Shown in pieces: positions 12,901 to 24,461 of a DNA stretch of 64,000 nt. The translations under genes and the position numbers were made by a program. Below the pieces are notes generated by a model. That model ran no database searches. It saw only the letters and a list, made by a program, of their open reading frames with translations, and was not told the origin of the DNA. The number at the start of each line of letters is the position of its first letter. The first letter of the stretch is position 1. The DNA is taken from contig QPGO01000034.1 of assembly GCA_008632985.1 (NCBI GenBank), positions 511,311-575,310 on the forward strand, written 5' to 3'. Source of the stretch: Psammoneis japonica (lineage: Eukaryota).

Positions 12901-13346
12901 CCAGCCGTACCGGTAGCATCACGTTCATCCGGTTGTCCCGACGATGTATTTCCCATCAGTCGAATCTCTTGGTTGTCTGACTGTGCGGAATCGTTTTCTC
13001 GTCCCAAACAATGACGGGCGGGAGGAATGAGCAAATTTTCTTTTGTACGTTGTGCGTTGTCTCTCTGCTGTTGATAGTCGTTTGCGTTTGGTGCATCAAT
13101 AGAGCATCCGGCTGCCATGGCATCTGAGAGCGAGATCGAGCGACTAGTAGCTTCACCAGCGACGCTTCGCTGGGTTTGTTGTCGAGGTTGAGTGCCTTGC
13201 TCGTTCGTGTCACGTGGAGCAGCCAAGATTGTGACACCAGATGTCAGGTGTCGTACAGGCCTACGTGGGTCAGTACTGGACGAAGATTCAGCCATTGATT
13301 TTTTTCGCTCCGTCCGCCAGTCCCGCGTCGGCGGATGGCCACTCAT
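9969..13346 (-). CDS. ACT-domain Ser/Thr/Tyr (TKL/Raf-like, STY8/17/46-type) protein kinase; introns 12360-12474 and 10384-10469
   Basis: LPPRYAL..EVLLHMRL motif, ACT-like segment (VTIACKDARGLL..I..LS..G..VIDADV), kinase motifs VALK, HRDLKPSN, DFG, TAETGTYRYMAPE. Start could be Met 13346 or the downstream MAESS Met. Confidence 0.88.
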
Positions 13347-15146
13347 TGCGTATTCTAACGAGCAACTTTCATCCAGTTCGCTTCGTACAGGTCAAAATGG
13401 TAGCAGCTGCGACAAATAAAAGGCATGAAGGATGAAGAAACTCCTGAGTCCCTTGCGACCGTACCGTAATCGAAGTCGAACACGAGGCGAGGTGGTGATA
13501 GATGGAATGAGAGAATGCGATGGCGTCGATGTCGTGTGACCCGAACATGACCGTAAACAACTACTTACTTAGAGATTCCTACAGGGCGTTATCCATAATC
13601 AATGGCTCACGATGACAAAAGAAAACCAGATGACTCAGTAGAAACAACGCAGATTCATGGTACTGTATGTACATACTGATGCATTTTCAGATTTATTCAT
13701 TTATTCAAGTTTGTAGTATTTTCAACAAGTTCTTTGGACAATGATCGTTAACTAACTTTGGAAAAGGGCAATTGTAATTGGCTCTTCACGACCAAACGCC
13801 GAACACCTCGCATACAATACATCATATACCGGTACGTACCTACCGGTACTTACTTCCAAGGATTTATAAGTCTGTCAGGATGTACAAGCTGCGTAGAACG
13901 CGTGTTGCCATGCGTGGTCACCAGCCTCTAAGTAATCTTGACGGTGCGAACTCCGCCGTTAAAATATATCAATTTATGTATATTTTGTATATCCTCATTT
14001 TTTCAAGGGATCGCGCATCATTTTCATCAAAGCACCACACACCATGATAATCGGAGCGCCGCTTATTAGACTATTGACGATCCTTTCAACAGTACCAACG
14101 CTATCTGCTAGTCTTTATCTCCATATAGAAACAGCTTATGTTGCTTTTTCGAAGGTAAGCGGCCAATTGTAAGGTGAAAAAAGGATTTTGTATTGACACC
14201 ACGGTTCGAGACTCATTATCGCTCTCTGTCGCAATCGAATTATATTGTGCTTTTGTTTCGGCATCTCACTCATTTTGTTTGACATGTTCGTCTTTATAAC
14301 TCATATAGAGAAGCTGTTGAGCAACGTATCACCCCTACGGACGAACAATATCTCATAGTTTCGTGTCGGTGTCGACACCATTTCTTTTCAACTCATGTTC
14401 TTCCTTATATCGGAACGGGGCTGTGGTGTGTCCTACGCTCTCTTTTGGACTGAACCAAGCAAGCTACAGTTGATACTTTCACGAATAATGACAATTATAA
14501 TGTGCAATGGGTTGGATATTGACGTCCATGACCTTGCCGAGTGCCGGTTAGTAGTACTCCCTCGTTCGGGGTTCGGGGACCGAAAACTGGGGTAAATCTT
14601 GGTGGCGTGGAGACTCTGCGATTGGAATGCGAGCGAGCGGGCTGGAATCTCGTGCAGTTTACTTCTGAAGGATGTGTACAATAAGGTATGTTTACATTTA
14701 AAGCAGTATTGATGCATCATGCATTTACAGTACCGGCATGACAAACAAACTAACAATATCATTCTCCATCTCTATCTTTCCCATCTAGGTGGTGTCTTAT
14801 TTTTGATTCTTGGCCAGTGATGAGGGGCAATGCATAAAATTTTAGTGCTTCTCTCGGGCTTCAAGTAATGGACAATGCTTTGGACGAGACGCTTGCATCG
14901 TGTGTTTTGCGTCACGCGTATCCTTGCCAGCGGGCGACCCCAAAGTGGATCATTAGCGTGAATCAGCGCTTGTCGAAACACATGACAATTTGGCGAAATA
15001 CAGCAGCATACATCATCACTCATTGTTACAACAATCAATCAGTCATTGGGTTGATTGGCAATCGGCGGCAGATTTTAGAGCTATGATTTTTGAAATTCCA
15101 TTTCGTGTCTCTGTCTTCATCCACGCCACGCACCTACCGTACCATA

Positions 15147-15229
15147 CCATCACATTTCGTGCCGTCTGTTATCCCCCCTCCATCACGTTTCGTGTGCCGT
15201 CTGTTTTCTCCCCTCCATCACGTTTCGTC
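15147..15229 (+). repeat. ~2.5 imperfect tandem copies of a ~35-bp unit (CCATCACRTTTCGTG..CCGTCTGTT..CCCCT)
   Basis: Direct repeats visible in the intergenic sequence. Confidence 0.7.
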
Positions 15230-15868
15230 TTCGAGGTATCTATGATATTTGTGCATGGATATTTATAAATGATAAGTTCGTCCCGTCAGAAGCCCTACGT
15301 AGACTGCCGTAAAACGAAGTACAAATTTTAACGGTGTTCGTACCACGCATGGCAACAGGCTCGTGCGTAGATTTGTACCGGAGCTTGTACGGTACATCCT
15401 GACAGACTTATAAATCCTTGCTTACTTCCCCATCCATATGAATGAAAGCGCTCGGGGCGGGGCTTAGAGAGTACTGTGTATGTTATGAATAGAATCTTTT
15501 TTAGCCCTGAGAGTAGTACACTTAGAATGACGAATGGACCAACAACTCGCCGTAGATACAAGTCATTCCGCGGAGCTGCATTGTGTGCTATTTGCTACCA
15601 CACGCACCCTTGTCATGTGTGCTGTTTGCTACAGTACCACGCGCACACTAGGCATTGGAATGCCGTCGAATGCTTCAATAGAACATATGCGGCTCCTACT
15701 ACCGACACGCGGGACACTTTTCAACTATCCTTAACTGGCAAGATGTCGACAGTAAAAGTAGCTTGCAGCACTTCCGAGGTTTACTTATAAAGGTGCAGCA
15801 GTTATGCAATGTCACGAGAGCAATGTTCCCGCGCCAAAGCAACGTCGTTATTCGAGGAGAAACTAAAA

Positions 15869-16910
15869 TCACTCCTTCGCCTTATCTGCGGCTGCCTTCT
15901 TTTCCGCTCGCTCTGCTTCGTCTAAAGCCAGTCCTTTTTGGCACTGCTCGAGGCCCGCAACGATTACTTTAATATCTGGTGTTTTGCTCACCACCACCAC
16001 CGCAGCGACCGATTTAGCCTCCATCACCCCATCCTCGGTTTCCTCTTCAATTTCTTCAATCGCATACCCCGCAAACTCCTCTTCTGTTCCTTCCAAAACG
16101 TAGGCAGTAATTGGCTGACTCGGCGGTGGCTCCGTTCGCGGAGCACGATCCAAGTACGCTACCAAATTTGGGGCCAGGGTTGCCGAATTAGAAATGACAC
16201 GAACACCAGTGTGCGTACCGGGCACGTGGCCCTCTGGACAATACAAGTGGTCAGACAAAGACAGGAGATCCTTGGTCCGTTGTGCCACTTCGTCGAATGT
16301 ATCAAATGAGAGGGCGTCTGAGCCAGCCTCCGGCATATTCTTTGCCGCAGCGGCCTTGACCTAGGGAACAACAACAAAGCATTGCATTCTGCAAAGTTAG
16401 AGAATTACAAAGCCCCGAGTACATTTTCGTGGGAGAGACATTCACGTCGTACCTTGAGTGGATTCTTCTTTGGTTGTTCTAAACCGGCAATCTTCAAGTC
16501 TAGAGGCTTCATGATGCGCCATGAAGATCTCTTGAGTGGCGTGACGCCATCACCATTCAGTGCCCAATTAAAAGCATAGTTTTGTCCTGGATATTCATTG
16601 GGAACCTTCGTAGCGGCACCCACTCGCTTGATGCTGTCCGGAAGCCCTTCCGATGTGGCTGCTTAGACGACGGAGGAAAAGTTAATAGGTCAACCGTTAA
16701 TACAAAAGAATGCAAATTTATATAAGTTGAATACGAAAAAAGGATGAAAACAAATAAGCGAGCTCACTCCTGCCTCACGCTTTGATTTGCAGTATTCTCT
16801 ATTGATTGCTTACCGAAAAGACGAACAGGCGTCCCAGTTGTCCTTTGTATTCCCTGGTGTGATGCTTTCAGTGAGCGCCGCCCAATCAAGAGGAGAGCCG
16901 AACGGCCCAT
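15869..16910 (-). CDS. Small (~265 aa) predicted mitochondrial protein with a PEPCK-N-terminal-like segment; 3 exons (16910-16814, ~16661-16452, ~16360-15869)
   Basis: Arg/Ser-rich acid-free N-terminus MGRSALLLIGRRSLKASHQGIQR. GT-AG introns join ORFs 16405-16623 and 15869-16336 in frame. Confidence 0.7.
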
Positions 16911-17101
16911 GGTCAATCGACGACAGCGTCAAGATGGGAAGCAGTTTCTGGATGCAGTGTGATGGTACGTGTCCGTCGGTACTACTTCTACGTACGTGAC
17001 ATCATGACGAACGTGATGGGAATCTGGAATCTCGGCGCGGGGAGCGCGGCAGCCAAATTAAGAAGACAAAAAGTGGCAAGCCGCAAGCCGCCATTGCGAC
17101 C

Positions 17102-18016
17102 ATGCTGTTTCGACGTTGCTGTGCTCAGAGATGTTTGTCGGTTTCTCTCACTATGCCACGTTTTCGAGCCCCCCTTGTCGGCTCGTGTCGACGTCTGTCA
17201 GTTGAATCAAAGATCCCATTCTACGGTGCTCCCAGACCGAACGCCGGAGAAGAACCACCTCCGCTGTTGAAACGAGCCGTGATTGCCGTGCATTCAGCCA
17301 CCACCGCATTCTCAGACCCGACACGAGCAGACGCGGTAGCGACACTGGGTGAGGTAACAGGAAGTATCGCACTTTCGGGCATGTACGATCGAATGAATAG
17401 AGATCAGACTGGAAAACGAATTCTTCGTGACAAGCCCGTCGTCAACAAATCATCCATTGCGTTTGAGAGCATGCTGTCACCAACCAACGAAAGATCTTTA
17501 GAGGATGCAACATTCGGACAAGCGTATGCTTTGTTTATGGAGAAGCATGGGTTTGATCCAGACCATCGAAGTGAAGTTACCCTCATATCCGATCCTGAAC
17601 TTGCTTTTGTGATGTTGCGTTATCGGCAGGTAAGAAGCAGAGAGAATGTTGCTATACAGTACTTGCATTACTCTGTGTTTGGAAACGAAACAATTCTCTT
17701 ACCATATGTTCTGAAGTGTCACGATTACTGGCATACTCTGACAGGTCTGCCGCCAACAGTATTGGGAGAATTGGGACTAAAATGGCTTGAGCTTCTACAA
17801 ACCGGACTTCCGGTCGCTGCTCTCTCCGCCACAGTCGGTTCTCTTCGCCTCGATGTCAGGGAACGACACATTCTGAAAGAGAAGTATCTGCCATGGGCAA
17901 TAAGAATGAGTAAGCAATCAGAATACCTTCTTAACGTATACTACGAGGAGGAATTCGATACCAACCTCCAACAACTTCGAGAAAGGCTTAGAATAGAAGA
18001 AGCACCACAAGTTTGA
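17102..18016 (+). CDS. COQ4: Ubiquinone biosynthesis protein COQ4, mitochondrial; in-frame intron ~17630-17716
   Basis: DPTRADAVATLGEVTG, TGKRILRDKP, RYRQ|CHDYWH..LGELGLKWLE..QTGLP (HDxxH-x11-E motif), VYYEE. Confidence 0.95.
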   Translation: MLFRRCCAQRCLSVSLTMPRFRAPLVGSCRRLSVESKIPFYGAPRPNAGEEPPPLLKRAVIAVHSATTAFSDPTRADAVATLGEVTGSIALSGMYDRMNRDQTGKRILRDKPVVNKSSIAFESMLSPTNERSLEDATFGQAYALFMEKHGFDPDHRSEVTLISDPELAFVMLRYRQVRSRENVAIQYLHYSVFGNETILLPYVLKCHDYWHTLTGLPPTVLGELGLKWLELLQTGLPVAALSATVGSLRLDVRERHILKEKYLPWAIRMSKQSEYLLNVYYEEEFDTNLQQLRERLRIEEAPQV

Positions 18017-18114
18017 TATAATTTTGTTTTCTACACTTGAACAAGAAACCATACCATACACGCCCTTCCAACCAAAACACAAAACATACACACAGAAATC
18101 AATCACTAGCGCAT

Positions 18115-19909
18115 CTACCATCCATGCCAGATAACCTTCTTCTTCATCCCGTACCAAGCCTCGTTGTTGCCATCGTATGCTTCTTCGATCTTGCTACGCT
18201 TGATCTTTTGGGTTGGAGTGAGAAAGCCATTTTCGGGAAGCCACTCATCCTTCACGATAGCGATGAAATCGAGCTGCTCGTGTTGATCCAACTGAGGGTT
18301 GACCTCGGCCATGAGAGCCTCAATCTCCTTCTCAATCACATCCTTCTTTCCGCTGTCGGCCGCAATTTCGTCCTTGGCCTCCTGACTCAACTGGATTACC
18401 GCATGCGGCTGCGGAAAACCAGAACCACCAACACAAGCAAGCTCGATACGAGGATGAATGATGAGCTTGTTTTCAATTGGGGCCGGTGCGACATACTTGC
18501 CCTTGGATGTCTTGAAAATCTCCTTGGTCCTGCCAGTGATCTTGAGACGACCCTGACTATCAATCTCGCCTCTGTCTCCGGTACGAAGCCATCCATCTTC
18601 CGTCATGGTCTCCTTGGTGGCCTCTGGATTCTTGTAATAACCCATCATCTGTCCAGGAGACTTGACCTGAATCTCTCCGTCGTCAGCAATGCGATGTTCG
18701 ACGTCATCGTAAGTATTCCCAACATAACCGACACGCGTTTTGCCCGGCTTGCTAATGTGAGAGTAGTTGAAGTTCTCCGTCATTCCGTATCCCTCCAATA
18801 GCTCCAAGCCCAACTTACGGTACCACTGAATGAGCTCCTTAGGCATAGGAGCTGAGCCAGAACCAGCAAAGCGAACAGAGTCAAGCCCCAAACCCTTTAG
18901 AATCTTCCTCTTGATGAGTATGTTGAGAATGGGGATGCTCATCAAAACATTTAGTTTCTTCGGTGGCATCTTCTTGAAGACTCCCTGAATGGAGAGTTTG
19001 AGGAGGAAAAGTACAAAAGGGGCAGTCAGTATGATGCTCAATGCAGAGAACGCACAAGATTTATCAGTAGCGCGCAACGAAGTTACTCACCTGCTGAAAC
19101 TTGGTCCACAACCTGGGAACACTCAAGAACAGCGTAGGCCTGGCCCTCACCAAGTCATTCACAAAGGTCGGTAAGGCCTCAGCAAAGAACAAATGCATAC
19201 CCGATACAAGCGCTCCGCACTCTGCACACCAGCGCTCCATACCATGCGCCAAGGGCAAGTAGGATAGCAATCGATCGTTGGAATTGACGTGCAAAACCTT
19301 GACCAGCCCCTCGGTCGTGACCCTCATCGTCTTAAAGTCGTGCATGACTCCTTTAGGACGACCAGTAGATCCTGACGTGTAGATAATCGTGGCCATTTCT
19401 TCGGGCTTGCGCGTCGCAATCTCCGAGATGGGATCAAACTTCTTGAGAATGTCATCCCACGAGTCCGTGTATTGCCCTTCTGGAGAAAGAGGGAACGACA
19501 CGGTGGGCATGTCTGCAGGTACCCCCTTCTTCATCTCATCCCACGGATGTTTGTCGAGCTTTCCGACAAATAGGAGCTTCGATTCAGAGTGCTCCAGAAT
19601 GTACGACACGGTATCAGCCGTGAGCGTCGGGTAGATCGGCACTGAAACAAGGTCGGCAAACCAGACGGCAAGGTCCGAAATGATCCACCATGCGCAGTTC
19701 TTGGAACAAATCGCAACAGCAGATCCCTTGGGAAGGCCCTTGCTCTTAAGGTACGCGGCTACACGCTTGGCCTCGTCGAACACGTCCTTGAACGTCCAGT
19801 CCTTGACATTGTCGTTCCCACCACCAAGCGGCTGCGTAAAAAGCACCTTGTCAGGCGTCTTTTCGCAGTGCTCCAAGAAATAGTCGATAACCGTGTTCTT
19901 CTTCGACAT
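18115..19909 (-). CDS. Long-chain acyl-CoA synthetase (AMP-binding, bacterial FadD15-like); intron 18985-19090
   Basis: IIYTSGSTGRPKGVMH, SYLPLAH, SVPRLWTKF, EGYGMTE, GWLRTGD, ITGRTKEIFKTSKGKYVAP, LTPTQKIKR. Confidence 0.93.
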
Positions 19910-20973
19910 GGCAGTTCTTTGTAAGCGTAACAACTCGTTGGCGCGTGACTTAAAAGTGATCTCTCTATGTTGTTTATTTGCGTTCTTGCACTCTTGATTG
20001 AAGCTCACACCCAACGCACGATCGATCAGCGTGTTGGAAGAATCCCTACCAGGAATTCCAGTATAAAACTCACGTAGAAGCGACATATCTTTTGTTATCA
20101 ACCGCCACGTCACAAAAGGCAGAAAAAAGAAAAAACATTCAAAAAGGCCTGCATCGGGGGTTCTTGTACTCGTAGAACGCATCCGTCTCATACAAAAATG
20201 CCAGTAGTAACTATGTATGATCAATGTTGAGAGGGGGACACAAATTGAATAATTTATCTCGCGCCGCACCTTCCGCAGAAAGCGCGACCATCGAGGATCC
20301 AAAATCTGCAAGGAGCACAGCAAGACATCACCTCTGGGCGGGCCATGCGCTGCCAATCCGAAACAGACAACATCACCTGTTCCTTTGAGCACTATAAGCC
20401 CATTCAGTTCAAAAAACTTTGGCTTTTTTTGCACTTTGTTGGCTTCTCACACCCATGCCCGCCTGAACAACATTGTTGCACAGCTCGCCAGCCTTTGTTT
20501 GTGGGGGGCACCCTGCCCACTTTTTGAAATTTCCCCAGCCTTTCGGCAACACAGAGTGCGGCATGACTTTGTGTTTTCAAGGGGTAAGAGACATTGTGAG
20601 TTTGTGCACAGCTTCATTACTTTTTAGTTGATTGTTGATTTGATCAAGAAAACATGCTCCCTTGTTTGTCTTGAGTCTTCACATCTCACATCACATCGGC
20701 TGATGTTTCCGAAGTTTGAGTCGAGTTATTCACACATGATGCACTTTTTTAGTTCAAGGTGCCATAAACAATGATGTCACATCAGAAATCGTAGTGACGT
20801 CGAAAAATTCCAAACAAACTGCGGACTGCGGACTGCGGACAGCTTTCCCGTTCTGAGAATTCTGCTCCTGACATTTTGTTGGCATCTGTTGCTGGCATTG
20901 GAGCCATCACAATCCAGCGCAAAGACAAGCAGTTCTCCTGTTCACAACCACTTCCTATTGCTAGGTTGCTAAA

Positions 20974-22949
20974 ATGACGAGACAGGCTCTATTATCGATA
21001 TGCGCATTTGTCTCTTTGGGATACGGTTCGACTTTTGTCAATCGACCGGTAAGTATCGAAAAGCAAAAACGGTGCTCTGATGCCAATGGCCAATGACACC
21101 CACCCACTTCTAGCGATCACGAGTCGAAATAAACGGGACTAGAACTTCCAAAAGCTAACAGATGCTTCTGGTATCTCCTTCCTCTGTAGTCTTTTCACCC
21201 TATGAAAGCATTTACCCGACGCCAGGCGAGTCGCCGGAGTAGCATGACGATGTACTTCGACGACGTGTCGAGAAGCCCCAAAGACACAATCGGTTGGACT
21301 CCCACAGGAAATGAGTTGGCTGGCATTGGCGCACCTGTATCGAAAGAGCAGCAGAAACAGATTGATTTTGAAGCAAAATTAGCAAACGAGAAACTGGATG
21401 CTATCAAGAGGTTACTGCTTGGATATGATGCGGAATCGGCATCGCTTCTTTCAGAACAAGAAGGTAAGGAGTGTTTCGTGGTCGCAATGACGTATTCTTC
21501 TGGTAAAAAAGTGGAGTTCGTCTCACGTAACTTTCCCTATGTTGATAGTGATGGAACAATTGCAACTCTGGGCTGAAAAATCTGGAGTGGTCGGGGATGC
21601 TTTGGGCGACGAATTGTACATTTCTCTATTGGGTATGAACGTGTGTACGTCTTCGACTCTCGTCGGCTGTCTTGCTCACTACTGGAAATCCATAGTGGAT
21701 GTCATACACGAATACTCTGACGAACACAATCCAGTGGATCGGTGGACTATAACCAAGTCGGTTCGTCCTCAGATTTTCATGATGGCCTTTCCCAACTGTA
21801 AGGAATTGTACGACTACAAGCAAATGACGACCCTCACAACGGCCACAGAGTTTTGTAAGGACCTGTGTCTCCACCTCGGTAAACGGTTTTCATTAACACT
21901 CTTTCACCCAAAGTACAAGAATTCTCCCAAAATGTTGAGCCCCGCTCGTCATTCTCCGTTTCCTTGCTCTGGTTTGCATTTTGAGGGAGAGGACGACGAA
22001 TTCATTGAACGTTTGATGGAGCGGGCCAAGCCAAGAAGGGGTTACGTGACCAACGATCGTAATGGCGATGACGATTCTGTACCCAACCTAAAAGAAAGAC
22101 GCGTACATTTGGAAGTCCTCTTTAACAGTGCAGCAGCTTCGTCGACTGCAGACGACCTAACGCGGGATACGGCTTCACGAAACATGAGCCAGCGTTATCC
22201 AAAGGAAGTGGTGGTGGAGATGTTGAAGTTGTGGATTGATTCAAATCGATTTACACATACAGACGACTCCTCAAGAGTAGTTAACCGTGCTTTGCAGTTT
22301 GCTGACTCGGTGGAAGAGCGTTGGCATGTTTCAGAGTCGAAGATTGCGGAGGAGGTCTACGCGGAAATCTGGCAGTTGATCAGCGATGTATACGAGCAAG
22401 GGGGTGCAATAGACAAGGAACTTGTAGCTGAAAGCAAAAACGAGGTGAGAAACGCGAATCATAATGAATCGCGTTTGACTTATCTTGTCTTTATTCTTAC
22501 AATGACGTTGCCTGCTCACTCCTTCTTAGAAACCGGTATCAAAGAAGATAAGTCACACAGACATGAAAACTGTGGTGCCGCCCATCAAAGTTACCAGTGC
22601 CATGTTTGTGTCGACAAAGTTCTGTGCCTTCAATGCACAAAGTTTCAAACGGTTCGCAATTACCGTAAATGCTGCCCTTAAGCGACTTACATATGGAAAG
22701 GTACGAGACACCAAACGTATCTGCTTATATCCTTTTCTGCTTGTATCGCTCATTTTTTCCCTTTTCATTCACGTCTTGTAGATGTTCATTGAGGTCTTTC
22801 ACCCAGAATACGTTGGGAACAATGGGTACAACAATACTCTGCGTCGTTCACCTTTTCCTGCAATCCAAATTTGTTACGAACTTCAGAAACCTCTTCCACT
22901 CAAGACGGACGACGCGAAAGCAAAGGAGGAATCCAGTCCGAAGGAATAA
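20974..22949 (+). CDS. Predicted plastid-targeted hypothetical protein with two DUF1415-like FHP...RxSPFP motifs; multi-exon
   Basis: Signal peptide MTRQALLSICAFVSLGYGS-TF, intron to 21190, Arg/Ser transit region. Motifs LFHPKY..RHSPFP and VFHPEY..RRSPFP; stop TAA at 22947-22949. Confidence 0.65.
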
Positions 22950-23060
22950 TGTCGCTCGAGCATAGGACTGCTTCTAAAAGAATCATTTGCACAAACGGCA
23001 CATCCCATCTAGCGGTATGAAACCATAACCCCTAGATCAATGGTGAAAAGAAAATGCGAT

Positions 23061-24305
23061 TTACAATTTAGGCTTTTTCCTTGAGCCTTTCTTTTGAAAG
23101 TCTCTCCAATTCCCAATTCTCTTTTCCACTCTCGTGTCTTCCCTCCATTTTTTGTCGAATTCATGCTTCTTCTTTTCCTTTTGGATCTCTTCATCCTCTT
23201 GGTCGCGTTCTCTTTGCTCCTGCTTTTGCTGTCGTCGCTGCACCTCTCGTCGTTTGTGTTCGACTTCCGCAAATATTTTTTGAACACATTTCGCTTGGAA
23301 TTCTTCCAATGACTCCCCATTATTCGCCTTTTCTGGCCACTCGTGCCTACCCTTCTTCAATCCTTGTTCCACCAACTGCTTCGCATGCCTTGCCTTATCT
23401 TGATCGTCAAGCAATGTCTTTGCCCGTTGCACCTCGTCGTATGCTTCCTTTGCCCGTTCCAAGTCTCTGCATTTGTCAGGATGCAGTAACAGACTTAGTG
23501 CCTTGTATCGACGAGACACATCATCCATGGATGCGGTATGGGGCAAATCTAACACCAAAAAAGGATTCAAGTTTCGCCACTCGTAACGAGGCACTAGGAG
23601 GCGCTCAATCTGCGACGCCGCGTTCCCCAAGTCTGTTTTCTGCACACTAATTACATTTTCCCGATTTTCTTCGGTAGACTTGGTGCTTTCGTCCTGCACC
23701 GGCTTCTTTTTCGTTGTTGCAGTTTCAACCTCAGAAAAGAAATCATTCAACAAGTCATCTTCTTCGGTTTTCGGCTCACTGGGCTTTTGCTCTTCCTCTT
23801 TCTTCTCGTCGTTTTTCTTTTTTTCTTCCTCTTTGTCTTGCTGTTCTTTTTTCTGAAGCTCCTCCTGCATGCGTTTGAATTCTTCCTGCTCCTTAGCGCG
23901 TATTCTCTTTGTGCAGTCTTCCAATCCCTGCTTCGCTACTTGGTTGTCGGCATCGAGATCCAGTACCTTGGCATACGCCGACTTTGCTTGCTCCCAACGC
24001 CCCAAACTAGATAGAGCCGCTGCAAGCCGAGAGTGCCCCTTAGCAAATGTAGGTTCGGCCTCAATACAAGAACGAGCATCCTGTAACGCCTTGGATTTGT
24101 TTCCCTGCTTCAGTTCGGCCGCACTCCGGTTCGAGAGAATAATGTGGTTGGCCGGATCGACCGACAATGCCTGTGTGTACTGGGCCACTGCTGCGCTGAA
24201 GTCACCTGATCTAAACGCATCGTCTCCCTGTTGCTTGTAAGCATCTCGTTGAACCTCCCATTCCTCGGGTTGCTTCTCCGCGGTCGGCGTTGTCTCGTCC
24301 GACAT
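23061..24305 (-). CDS. TPR-repeat + J-domain co-chaperone (Sti1-like TPR fused to a DNAJC8/Spf31-like C-terminus)
   Basis: Three TPRs (KQQGDDAF..AVAQYTQAL..SNRSAA..KGHSRLAAA), NLNPFLVL..HPDK J domain, C-terminal WREDTRVEKRIGNWRDF. Confidence 0.9.
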   Translation of the reverse strand: MSDETTPTAEKQPEEWEVQRDAYKQQGDDAFRSGDFSAAVAQYTQALSVDPANHIILSNRSAAELKQGNKSKALQDARSCIEAEPTFAKGHSRLAAALSSLGRWEQAKSAYAKVLDLDADNQVAKQGLEDCTKRIRAKEQEEFKRMQEELQKKEQQDKEEEKKKNDEKKEEEQKPSEPKTEEDDLLNDFFSEVETATTKKKPVQDESTKSTEENRENVISVQKTDLGNAASQIERLLVPRYEWRNLNPFLVLDLPHTASMDDVSRRYKALSLLLHPDKCRDLERAKEAYDEVQRAKTLLDDQDKARHAKQLVEQGLKKGRHEWPEKANNGESLEEFQAKCVQKIFAEVEHKRREVQRRQQKQEQRERDQEDEEIQKEKKKHEFDKKWREDTRVEKRIGNWRDFQKKGSRKKPKL

Positions 24306-24461
24306 GGTGGGTTTTTATGAGCGCTGAAAGCTGAACGCTGAACTTCCAGAACGTCTTTGTCGGCGGCGCCGGGGGGCGGGGGGGCGGCGGCATGGTCCAT
24401 GGTCCATCACTCTCTGGTGAGGTGGACAGACCAGAAAATCTTTCCACAAAAATAAATCAAG

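Noticed and set aside
18037..18801. 254-aa + strand ORF, and similar antisense ORFs over GCN2, DnaJ and Trf4
   Set aside because: Shadow ORFs opposite well-supported genes, with no motifs.
19910..20434. N-terminal extension of the acyl-CoA synthetase ORF
   Set aside because: Non-ATG start running through UTR and repeat sequence; homology begins at Met 19909.
20821..20840. GCGGACT x3 short tandem
   Set aside because: Too short to interpret; likely slippage in a promoter.
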